Below the pieces are notes generated by a model, which was not told where the DNA came from, searched no databases, and saw only the letters and a program-made list of their open reading frames with translations. Shown in pieces: positions 29,557 through 37,300 of a stretch of 64,000 nucleotides of DNA (within the stretch, counting starts at the first letter, position 1; every line of letters begins with the position of its first letter). This DNA is from Lachnospiraceae bacterium. Lineage in GTDB: Bacteria > Bacillota > Clostridia > Lachnospirales > Lachnospiraceae. The position numbers and the translations under genes are program-made. The DNA lies in the NCBI GenBank assembly GCA_015057365.1, contig SVEN01000001.1, positions 13,382-77,381 of the forward strand, in the 5' to 3' direction.

Positions 29557-30141
29557 CTAATTCTCCGATTCCCACAGTTTTTTCACAAACCGATACAACA
29601 ACCACTGTATTATGCCGGCCACCACTGCCGTTCCCCCGCAAAGAAGCGGTGTAACATCAAGTGCCGGAACAAAGATAAATACTGCCGCAAATACGATTTC
29701 GAGCACCCACCAGACATACGGCACACAGGCCATAATTCTGGACGCCGCCATATAAACGAGAAAACACACCACCATTGCAAACGGTAATAACGCCTCACTG
29801 AACATATCTTGAAAAAGCACCCCTGCCGCAAGCAACACAGCAAGCACCGCCGCACCAAACAAATCAAGCCACAAAAATCGCTTCTGCTCCTTTTCCCACG
29901 CATGAGGCATACTGCGGTAAAACCGGGTTGCACCATCCTTCCGCAATACAATATGAAACCGTTCTCTTTGCAGTATCAGAAATACCATCTGTAACAACAC
30001 AAACGCCATACGGTAGCACATTTCAAACACACTACACTCGGGCAACACCAGATAAAACATCCATCCGCAAAAGCCGACCAGTATTCCGAATGCCAGAAAT
30101 GCCCACCGCTGTTTCCACAAACTCCAACAAAGCTCCTTCAT
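29557..30141 (-). CDS. multi-TM membrane protein, unknown family
   Basis: 194-aa hydrophobic ORF immediately after the ABC ATPase. Confidence 0.6.
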   Translation of the reverse strand: MKELCWSLWKQRWAFLAFGILVGFCGWMFYLVLPECSVFEMCYRMAFVLLQMVFLILQRERFHIVLRKDGATRFYRSMPHAWEKEQKRFLWLDLFGAAVLAVLLAAGVLFQDMFSEALLPFAMVVCFLVYMAASRIMACVPYVWWVLEIVFAAVFIFVPALDVTPLLCGGTAVVAGIIQWLLYRFVKKLWESEN

Positions 30142-30152
30142 CGCATCTCCTC

Positions 30153-31037
30153 CTAGGAATTCTGCTGTTCCGCATACCGAAGCAGGAAAATACTAAGTTG
30201 CTGCAGATTCGGCGTTTCAACCACAGTTCCCGCAGCTTCCAGCGCTTCTTTTGCTTCTGCCTTTGCAAAGCCGAAGCAGGTACTCATATTCCGGTCCTCC
30301 ACCATAAGACTGTTTTTAATCTTATCAAAGGTAGCCCGTTCACCGGATACCAGCACGTAACGTTCACACAGGTCATTGACAAAACCTGTCTCAATGATTG
30401 CACCGTTGTACATTAAAATCGCATAGTCCGTCACATTTTCCATATCCGCAATGTTGTGGGTAGAGAACACAATCGACTTTTCTCCGTCACCCTCTTCTAA
30501 GTACTCTCTGAACTGTCCGCACAAACGGTCACGCATAAGCGGATCTAAGTTGGAACCCGGCTCATCCAACACCAAAAGGTCCGTCTCTCTTGCAAACACT
30601 GCCGCCAGACAAAGGCGGATTCGGTTACCATCGGACATCTTCATCAAGGTCTGACTCTTTTCCCCTTCCTGTGCCACACCGTACTTCTCACAAAGCTCCC
30701 AATAACGGCACTCATCAAAGCCATTAAAGCCCAGCTTATTTGCCACTTCCACATCAAACGGAGTCCAGCTCATCGGGTACATTCCCTGGGCAGCCAGATA
30801 ACCGATGCGCTCCTTCGTCTCACCCTCTTCAATATCCGTAATCTCACCAAAATAAGTAACCTCGCCCGCACTCGGTGCCACAATCCCGCAAATCGTATCG
30901 AGTAGCGTCGTCTTACCGGCACCATTGGCGCCGATTAATGCGGTGGAAAATCCCTTCGGAATCTCCAAATCCACCGGTCCCAACGTAAACTTCTTATACT
31001 TTTTTACCAATCCCTTTGCTACTATTACACTGTCCAT
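30153..31037 (-). CDS. ABC transporter ATP-binding protein (YtrB-like, atypical signature)
   Basis: 294 aa with Walker A GANGAGKTT and Walker B LLVLDEPGSNLD. The signature motif is degenerate (MSDGNR). Confidence 0.85.
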   Translation of the reverse strand: MDSVIVAKGLVKKYKKFTLGPVDLEIPKGFSTALIGANGAGKTTLLDTICGIVAPSAGEVTYFGEITDIEEGETKERIGYLAAQGMYPMSWTPFDVEVANKLGFNGFDECRYWELCEKYGVAQEGEKSQTLMKMSDGNRIRLCLAAVFARETDLLVLDEPGSNLDPLMRDRLCGQFREYLEEGDGEKSIVFSTHNIADMENVTDYAILMYNGAIIETGFVNDLCERYVLVSGERATFDKIKNSLMVEDRNMSTCFGFAKAEAKEALEAAGTVVETPNLQQLSIFLLRYAEQQNS

Positions 31038-31047
31038 CCTTCGCTCC

Positions 31048-31416
31048 TTACTCCGCGTGGTCTAACACGGTAATCAAATCTTTTACTTCTTCCACAGTCA
31101 TTCCGATTGTTTTCGCAGCCTCCAACGCCTCCAACAGGTGATCCTCCACTTCCCGGAGCCTTTGCTCCCGTATCATGGCGGTATCCTGCGGATTTACCAC
31201 AAAGCCTTTTCCTTGTACCGATGTCACCAACCCTTCGGCACAAAGCTCTTCGTAGGCCTTCATGGTAGTAATCACACTGATTTTTAAATCCTTTGCCAAA
31301 CCTCTGATACTGGGAAGATACTCTCCCGCGGTAAGTTTCCCGCTTAGAATCTCTTCCTTAAGCTGCATCGCTATCTGCTTATAAATCGGAATCTCTGAGT
31401 TTTGCAGAATCTTCAT
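31048..31416 (-). CDS. GntR-family (YtrA-subfamily) transcriptional regulator
   Basis: 122 aa with a short effector domain and the wHTH motif LPSIRGLAKDLKISVITTMKAYEEL. Confidence 0.88.
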   Translation of the reverse strand: MKILQNSEIPIYKQIAMQLKEEILSGKLTAGEYLPSIRGLAKDLKISVITTMKAYEELCAEGLVTSVQGKGFVVNPQDTAMIREQRLREVEDHLLEALEAAKTIGMTVEEVKDLITVLDHAE

Positions 31417-31455
31417 AAGATACCTCCTGTTCTCAACTGTTTATATCCGATATAG

Positions 31456-31486
31456 ACAGTATATACTGTTATGAACAGTTTGTCAA
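31456..31486 (-). promoter_or_regulatory. promoter with overlapping palindromic operator (YtrA-like locus 1)
   Basis: Minus strand: TTGACA (31486-31481), a 17-nt spacer, then TATACT (31463-31458). The perfect 14-bp palindrome ACAGTATATACTGT (31456-31469) covers the -10. Confidence 0.7.
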
Positions 31487-31507
31487 TAAAATATTATTGT
31501 TTTTAAT

Positions 31508-31542
31508 AAAAAAACTGCCATGTAATACTTCTTACATGACAG
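31508..31542 (-). terminator. intrinsic terminator after metA
   Basis: 11-bp stem (31515-31525 with 31532-31542, one mismatch) followed by a T7 run on the minus strand. Confidence 0.75.
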
Positions 31543-31605
31543 CTCTTTTAAACATCTCTTGTTTGTATATAAGTTTTTCTTCGTCTCTGCTAAACTTTAT
31601 CCTTC

Positions 31606-32511
31606 CTACCACTCATACGGCGTATTCTGGTATACGTAATAATTCAACCAATTGCTGTACAGCGCATTGGCATGAGAGCGCCACAAAAGAAGCGGTTTCT
31701 TTTCCGGGTCATTGTCCGGATAATAATTCACCGGAATGTCCGGATTGATTCCCTTAGCCACATCACGCTTGTATTCCTTATCCAACGTCAGGCGATCATA
31801 CTCCGGATGTCCCAGAACAAAAATATTCTTGCCGCCTTCCGCAAGCAGGATAAAATACCCTGCCTCATCACTTTCCGCCAGAACGGTAAATTTACCGCAT
31901 TTCTCCACATCTTCTTTAGAAATACCGGTATAACGGGAATGCGGGGCAAAAAACTCATCATCAAACCCCCGGACCAGAGGCTCCTTGCGATTTAATACCC
32001 GATGGCGGTATACACCGGAAAGCTTCGCAGGAAGCATCTCCTTATGCACTCCGTAGTGATGGAACAGACCTGCCTGGGCACCCCAACAAATATGAAGGGT
32101 AGAAGTTACATTGGTCTCGGACCAGTCCATAATCTGCTTTAATTCCTCCCAGTACGCTACGTCCTCAAACTCCATCTGTTCCACCGGCGCACCGGTAATA
32201 ATAAGACCGTCAAACTTCTTATCTTTGACATCCGGAAATGTCATATAAAACTGCTCCAGATGACTGAGCGGCGTATTGGTTCCCACATAGCTTGCCGTGG
32301 TTAAAAAGGTCACTTCGATCTGGAGCGGCGTATTGGAAAAGCTGCGAAGAAGCTGTAACTCCGTATCTTCCTTTAACGGCATCAAATTCAAAATTGCAAT
32401 ACGAAGGGGACGAATATCCTGGGTCATGGCACGACTTTCATCCATAACAAAAATATTCTCCGCTTCCAATATCTTCTTTGCAGGTAAAAAATTACTTACT
32501 TTAACAGGCAT
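31606..32511 (-). CDS. metA: homoserine O-acyltransferase (MetA family)
   Basis: Start at ATG 32511: MPVKVSNFLPA...IRPLRIAILNLMP...HICWGAQA (catalytic Cys). This is a typical MetA. Confidence 0.92.
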   Translation of the reverse strand: MPVKVSNFLPAKKILEAENIFVMDESRAMTQDIRPLRIAILNLMPLKEDTELQLLRSFSNTPLQIEVTFLTTASYVGTNTPLSHLEQFYMTFPDVKDKKFDGLIITGAPVEQMEFEDVAYWEELKQIMDWSETNVTSTLHICWGAQAGLFHHYGVHKEMLPAKLSGVYRHRVLNRKEPLVRGFDDEFFAPHSRYTGISKEDVEKCGKFTVLAESDEAGYFILLAEGGKNIFVLGHPEYDRLTLDKEYKRDVAKGINPDIPVNYYPDNDPEKKPLLLWRSHANALYSNWLNYYVYQNTPYEW

Positions 32512-32512
32512 A

Positions 32513-34483
32513 TTATTCTTCCTTTCCTCCCGCCAACGACAAGAATTCCTCTTCCGTAATGACAGGTACATTTAAATCTCTTGCTGTTTTATTTTTTGAC
32601 GACTGGGATGTCGCATCATTGTTAATGAGATAATCGGTCTTTGCGGATACGCTGCCGGCCACCTTGCCGCCCCTCTCCTCAATAAAGGCTTTCAGCGCGG
32701 AACGTCCGTCAAAATGAAATACCTTACCGGTAATCACAAAGGTCTTTCCGGCAATATCGGATGCAAGTGTTGTCGCCGGTCGTTCCAAGGTCACAAATGA
32801 AAGTAATTCTTCCGCTTCCGCCCGGTTACGCTCCGTAGAAAAATACTCCACAAAAGCCTCCGCAATGACATCACCGATACCCTCTACCGTTACCAATTCG
32901 TCCGCCGAGGCACTCATGATGCGTTCCATATCTTCTTCAAAGGAACGACAGATTACCTTTGCGGTAGATACTCCGATATTCGGCACGCCGAGGGCATACA
33001 AAAATCTCGCCGGTGTTACGGTTCTTGCCGCCTCTACAGAGGCAAGAAGGTTCGCATAAGACTTTTCTCCGAAACCTTCCATAGTGGTAATGGTTTCTTT
33101 ATGATCCGAAAGCCGGAATAAATCCGCCGCCTTCGCAATAATCTTTTCGTTTAAGAACTTCTCAATGGTTGCTTCCGACAGACCCTCGATATTCATAGCA
33201 TCCCTGGTTACAAAGTGTGCAATGGACTTTACCTTCTTCGCCGGACACTCTGTATTTATGCAGTATAGAGACTTTACTTCATTCTCCGTCTTAAGGCTTG
33301 TCTGCTCGCCGCACACCGGACAACACACCGGCGGCTTTGCGGTACCGCTCTTTGTAAGATTCGCCGCAATCTGCGGAATAATCATATTGGCCTTGTACAC
33401 CTGCACCGTATCCCCGATGCCGAGAGCAAGACCTTCCATAATGCTGACATTATGAATGCTGGCACGGGACACCGTGGTTCCCTCAAGCTCCACCGGGGCA
33501 AAGATCGCCACCGGATTGATAAGACCGGTCCGGGATGCACTCCACTCAATTTCAAGAAGCTTTGTCTCCGCAATTTCATCCGCCCATTTAAATGCAATGG
33601 AGTCCCGCGGAAACTTTGCCGTTCTGCCCAGACTCGCGGCAAATGCAATATCGTCAAAGGTCAACACCAGACCGTCCGACGGAAAATCATTTTCCGGGAG
33701 CTTCTCTTCCATCCTACCGATTTGTCCTACAACATTTTCCGGCGTTACGAGTACATGCTCCACACAAGTAAAGCCTTGCTTCGTAAGGAATTCCATCTGC
33801 TCGCTTCTGGTGGTAAACGCTAAATCTTCCTCTGCAGTTACCAACGTATATGCATAGAACAATACATTTCGCTGTGCCGTAATCTCATTATTCAACTGGC
33901 GAACCGTACCGCTGCATAAATTACGAGGATTCTTATACTTCGCCTCCGCTTCGGCAATTTCTCCGTTAATCCGTTCAAATTCGGAATAAGTGATAATTGC
34001 CTCCCCCCGCACCGTCAGACTTCCCTTATACGGAATCGTAAGGGGTACATTTTTATATACTTTTACGTTATTTGTAATAATTTCTCCGATTTCACCGTTT
34101 CCACGGGTAACGCCCTTTACAAGTTCCCCGTTTTCATAGGTAAGTACATTGGTAAGCCCATCCAACTTCCAGGAAAGCACTCCGGCTCTTCCCTGCAGCC
34201 AATCCGCAAGAGACTCTCTGTCCTTTGTCTTATCCAAAGACAACATCGGCGCCGCATGGGCCTCCTTCGGAAGCTCGCTGACAATCTCATACCCCACCTT
34301 TACCGTCGGGCTGTCCGCCAATACGATGCCTGTCTCTTTTTCCAAAGCCACCAGCTCATCATAGAGCGTATCATATTCGTAATTGCTCATAATTTCGGAA
34401 CTATCCTGATAATATGCCTTTGCCGCCTCTTTTAAAATACGATGCAACTCACGCATACGTTCCGTCTGCTTCGTTTCTCCCAT
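32513..34483 (-). CDS. ligA: NAD-dependent DNA ligase
   Basis: Start at ATG 34483 (AGGAGGG 8 nt upstream). Has the KLDG adenylation motif (SWKLDGLT), a Zn-finger CPVCG...C..C, HhH repeats and a C-terminal BRCT domain. Confidence 0.95.
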   Translation of the reverse strand: MGETKQTERMRELHRILKEAAKAYYQDSSEIMSNYEYDTLYDELVALEKETGIVLADSPTVKVGYEIVSELPKEAHAAPMLSLDKTKDRESLADWLQGRAGVLSWKLDGLTNVLTYENGELVKGVTRGNGEIGEIITNNVKVYKNVPLTIPYKGSLTVRGEAIITYSEFERINGEIAEAEAKYKNPRNLCSGTVRQLNNEITAQRNVLFYAYTLVTAEEDLAFTTRSEQMEFLTKQGFTCVEHVLVTPENVVGQIGRMEEKLPENDFPSDGLVLTFDDIAFAASLGRTAKFPRDSIAFKWADEIAETKLLEIEWSASRTGLINPVAIFAPVELEGTTVSRASIHNVSIMEGLALGIGDTVQVYKANMIIPQIAANLTKSGTAKPPVCCPVCGEQTSLKTENEVKSLYCINTECPAKKVKSIAHFVTRDAMNIEGLSEATIEKFLNEKIIAKAADLFRLSDHKETITTMEGFGEKSYANLLASVEAARTVTPARFLYALGVPNIGVSTAKVICRSFEEDMERIMSASADELVTVEGIGDVIAEAFVEYFSTERNRAEAEELLSFVTLERPATTLASDIAGKTFVITGKVFHFDGRSALKAFIEERGGKVAGSVSAKTDYLINNDATSQSSKNKTARDLNVPVITEEEFLSLAGGKEE

Positions 34484-34552
34484 AATCGAATCCCTCCTTT
34501 TCGGCTGTCCCATCCTTCCGAATCCCACTCAAGCCGATACAGCCGCAAAATG

Positions 34553-35467
34553 CTACGCCTTCCGGTGACTGTTCACGCCTCTTTTTTCGAACTCCGGTTT
34601 TCTGTTTCCCGTTCTTCCGGATTTTTCCCTGTTCGTTTGTCCTTCCGTATCGACCGTTTTCTTTTCTTTCGCAGTCGCATAGGTTACGCTGCCTTCGCTT
34701 TTGGACGCATCATGCAGCACCGGCGTATTGGAAGACTTCCGAATCAAGCTCTGTAACTCAGAAAGCTCCTGCGGGGTCAGTTTCCGGTAATCACCCACCT
34801 TCAAATGACCGAGACGAATGTTCATGATACGCACCCGCTGCAAATGTACCACGCGGTATCCGAAATACTCACACATACGACGAATCTGACGGTTCAGACC
34901 CTGGGTCAGAATTACTTTAAAACGGTACTTGTCCAAGGCTTCGATTTTACACGGTCTGGTAACAGTATCCAAAATCGGCACACCGCCTGCCATTCCCTGC
35001 AAAAACTCCTTGGTAATCATTTTATTGACTTTTACGATATATTCTTTCTCATGATAATTTCCGGCACGCAAAATCTTATTTACGATATCTCCGTCGTTGG
35101 TCAAAAGAAGCAGTCCCTCCGAATCCTTATCCAAACGACCGATCGGGTAGATACGCTTTCCGTAATTCACAAAATCAACCACATTATCCGGCTCTCTTTT
35201 ATCACTGGTACAAACAATTCCTCTCGGCTTGTTCAATGCCAGAAGTACAAGGTCCTCTTCCTTTTTTAATTCCTTACCGTTAAACACTACCGACTGTCCC
35301 GGCAACACCCGACTTCCCATAACTGCACGCTCTCCGTCGATAAACACCTTTCCCTCTTCGATAAATCCGTCCGCGGCACGTCTCGAGCACACACCGGCAT
35401 CTGCCAGATACTTATTAATTCTTACACCTTCTACCACTTCATCCGCTGCAAATTTTTTCGCCTTCAT
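34553..35467 (-). CDS. RsuA/RluF-family pseudouridine synthase with basic C-terminal tail
   Basis: Start placed at ATG 35467 (MKAKKFAADEVVEGVRINKYLADAGVCSRR is an S4 domain; AAAGGA RBS). Contains GRLDKDSEGLLLLTNDG. The track ORF extends to 35758 only because the upstream repeats lack stop codons. Confidence 0.85.
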   Translation of the reverse strand: MKAKKFAADEVVEGVRINKYLADAGVCSRRAADGFIEEGKVFIDGERAVMGSRVLPGQSVVFNGKELKKEEDLVLLALNKPRGIVCTSDKREPDNVVDFVNYGKRIYPIGRLDKDSEGLLLLTNDGDIVNKILRAGNYHEKEYIVKVNKMITKEFLQGMAGGVPILDTVTRPCKIEALDKYRFKVILTQGLNRQIRRMCEYFGYRVVHLQRVRIMNIRLGHLKVGDYRKLTPQELSELQSLIRKSSNTPVLHDASKSEGSVTYATAKEKKTVDTEGQTNREKSGRTGNRKPEFEKRGVNSHRKA

Positions 35468-35503
35468 CACTGTATCCTTTCTAAATAATCTCTGTTCTTT
35501 TGC

Positions 35504-35748
35504 GCGCAGGCATCGCGCTTTCGCGCTTTGCCCACGCACGCTTAGCTCCTCTTCCCGTTTGGCAACACCCACATGCGCAGGCATCGCGCTTTCGCGCTTT
35601 GCCCACGCACTTGTCACCTTTTCCCGTTTAGTAATATCCACATGCGCAGGCATCGCGCTTTCGCGCTTTGCCCACGCACTTGTCACCTTTTCCCGTTTAG
35701 TAATATCCACATGCGCAGGCATCGCGCTTTCGCGCTTTGCCCACGCAC
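35504..35748 (-). repeat. tandem array: four copies of a 36-nt hairpin core with 33-35-nt linkers
   Basis: Identical cores GCGCAGGCATCGCGCTTTCGCGCTTTGCCCACGCAC at 35504-35539, 35575-35610, 35644-35679 and 35713-35748. Linkers 2 and 3 are identical; linker 1 is a diverged copy. Confidence 0.9.
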
Positions 35749-35782
35749 TTCGCGGCACAGCCGCTCAGTCGTGGGCGCGTTC

Positions 35783-35830
35783 GCATAGAGCCACCGTTCT
35801 GCAAGCAAGCTTGCAACGGTAACTCTATGC
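35783..35830 (-). other. 48-nt near-perfect hairpin between the tRNA terminator and the repeat array
   Basis: GCATAGAG...CTCTATGC outer stem, with an inner stem ACCGTT-x-GCAAGC/GCTTGCAACGGT around an AAGCTT centre. Confidence 0.7.
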
Positions 35831-35853
35831 TCACTTTGCCTGCACGCAAAAAA

Positions 35854-35884
35854 AGCCTTCCCGCGTTCTGTCTACGGAAAAGCT
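35854..35884 (-). terminator. intrinsic terminator after tRNA-Arg
   Basis: Minus strand: AGCUUUUCC-13 nt-GGGAAGGCU (9 bp including 2 G-U) followed by a T7 run. Confidence 0.65.
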
Positions 35885-35933
35885 CCCTGTCGTACTGCCC
35901 TCCCGGCAAAACGTGGTATAGTAAAAAGAAAAT

Positions 35934-36006
35934 GCATCTGAAGGGACTCGAACCCCCGCTAACATGGTTCCGGAAACCATTGCTCTATCCACTGAGCTAC
36001 AGATGC
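35934..36006 (-). tRNA. tRNA-Arg (anticodon CCG)
   Basis: Hand-folded cloverleaf: acceptor GCATCTG/CAGATGC, D-arm GCTC-AGTGGATA-GAGC, anticodon arm ATGGT-TTCCGGA-ACCAT, T-loop TTCGAGT. CCA is not encoded. The variable region appears to be 6 nt and the T-stem has G-U pairs, so this should be confirmed with tRNAscan-SE. Confidence 0.85.
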
Positions 36007-36119
36007 AATATAAACATTATATCCAATTAACAACATTTGGTCAAGTAGAAACAGTTGATTTTCTCCAATTTTTTTGGTATGATAGGTAAAGATTGTAAAA
36101 ACACAAAGGAGGAGCTTCC

Positions 36120-37217
36120 ATGAAATTTAAACGATGTATATCTGCCATATGCAGTTCCGCGTTAGTGCTGGGACTCTCCTTCTTATTATTTCCGCAGCCT
36201 AATGTGTTTACCGATACTTCCGTATCTCCTACGGAAGCCGTAACGCCGACTGCCACACCGTCAGTAAATGAGCTGACCGGCATTTCCGCTACTGCGACAC
36301 CTGATACCACTCCGACTCCGCCGGTCACTCCTGCGGTTACGTTCCTTCCGTTGCTTACGGGAGATTTAAAGGCTCCGATTTCCGGTGTGTCCGATTTGGT
36401 CACCGCATATATTACCGCTTACTATGACAACAACTACGAGGCGGCCTCCTTACTTGTCACCGACGCAAGCCATTTGGACGCATCCGTTATGGAAAGCGAT
36501 TGTAAAAACGTAGAAAAGCTGGAAAACCTTGAATTGTATTCCAAACCCGGTATCGACGGCGTCTTCTCTATTGTATACGCTACCTATTCACTTTATTACA
36601 GCGATATTCAGGTTTCGGTTCCGCAGTTCTCCGAATATTACGTAAAACGCATGCCGGACGGTACTTTCCTAATCCAGACAATACCGTTTTCGGACGAAAC
36701 CACGGAAGTATTTACACAGGCCCGCCAATCGGGAGGCGCCCTGGAGCTGGCTGTTTCCACTTTGATTCGCCGCTATCACAATGCGTGTCTTGCCGTAAAC
36801 GAGCCGCTGTTAAAGCAATGCGTTACCAATTCCGACTACTTGGATTTAAACTTCATCGATTCCCGTTATTCCATGACGGAATACTTTACCGATTATGACT
36901 TCTTAATTTACAACGGAATCAATGAATTTGACTATGTTGCTTTTGTCACCCACAAGGAGAAAATCGTCTTTTCCGAAACCGGCGCCCCTTGCATGGAATC
37001 CTACTACATAAAGGTAGACAAATCCACAGGCGTACCGTCCATTTATCTCGGAATCACTTCCCTGGATACGGATGCCTACTGTGCGGCTTTGATTCAAAGC
37101 GACAAGATTCAAGAGCTTGCAAAGCAGACCAATGCCGACATGGAAAACGCCTTAATGTCCGACGATGATTTGAAGGAATTCTATCAATTGCTTGTTTCAA
37201 ATTCTTCCGAAGAATAA
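36120..37217 (+). CDS. secreted or membrane-anchored protein, unknown function (Thr/Pro-rich linker)
   Basis: 365 aa. N-terminal signal/anchor MKFKRCISAICSSALVLGLSFLLF, then a T/P-rich linker. Own promoter TTGATT-17-TATGAT at about 36056-36084, and a GGAGG RBS. Confidence 0.7.
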   Translation: MKFKRCISAICSSALVLGLSFLLFPQPNVFTDTSVSPTEAVTPTATPSVNELTGISATATPDTTPTPPVTPAVTFLPLLTGDLKAPISGVSDLVTAYITAYYDNNYEAASLLVTDASHLDASVMESDCKNVEKLENLELYSKPGIDGVFSIVYATYSLYYSDIQVSVPQFSEYYVKRMPDGTFLIQTIPFSDETTEVFTQARQSGGALELAVSTLIRRYHNACLAVNEPLLKQCVTNSDYLDLNFIDSRYSMTEYFTDYDFLIYNGINEFDYVAFVTHKEKIVFSETGAPCMESYYIKVDKSTGVPSIYLGITSLDTDAYCAALIQSDKIQELAKQTNADMENALMSDDDLKEFYQLLVSNSSEE

Positions 37218-37235
37218 GTAAAATCCGCCTATACA

Positions 37236-37281
37236 GCACCTATCGCCGCTCTCTTTTCAGGGGACGATAGGTGCTTTTCTT
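37236..37281 (+). terminator. intrinsic terminator between convergent genes
   Basis: 10-bp stem GCACCTATCG/CGATAGGTGC followed by TTTTCTTT. Confidence 0.8.
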
Positions 37282-37300
37282 TACCGAAAGACTTATACTC

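Noticed and set aside
29610-31243. Nested ORFs 29610-29951, 30032-30268 and 31025-31243 inside the YtrA-like operon
   Set aside because: They are alternative frames within well-supported genes, are Arg/Cys-rich, and have no independent signals.
35504-35748. CRISPR array (36-nt repeats separated by 33-35-nt spacers)
   Set aside because: Two of the three spacers are identical and the third is a diverged copy of the same sequence, so this is a tandem duplication of a 69-nt unit. There are no cas genes and no leader in the window.
35468-35758. 97-aa N-terminal extension of the RluF-like ORF (SAWAKRESAMPAHVDITKREKVT x3)
   Set aside because: The reading frame is open only because the tandem repeat lacks stop codons; all three plus-strand frames and the reported minus-strand frame across the array are listed as ORFs. 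The extension would start at a GTG with no RBS. The canonical S4-domain N-terminus begins at ATG 35467, which has an AAAGGA RBS.
35934-36006. tRNA-Arg as the attachment site of an integrated genomic island
   Set aside because: The genes on the 3-prime side of the tRNA are core genes (rluF-like, ligA, metA). No integrase was seen, and no direct repeat of the tRNA 3-prime end was noticed in the window.
36041-36403. 120-aa minus-strand ORF overlapping the start of 36120-37217
   Set aside because: The plus-strand gene has a promoter, a GGAGG RBS, a signal peptide and a terminator. The minus ORF has none of these and is the antisense of the T/P-rich linker.
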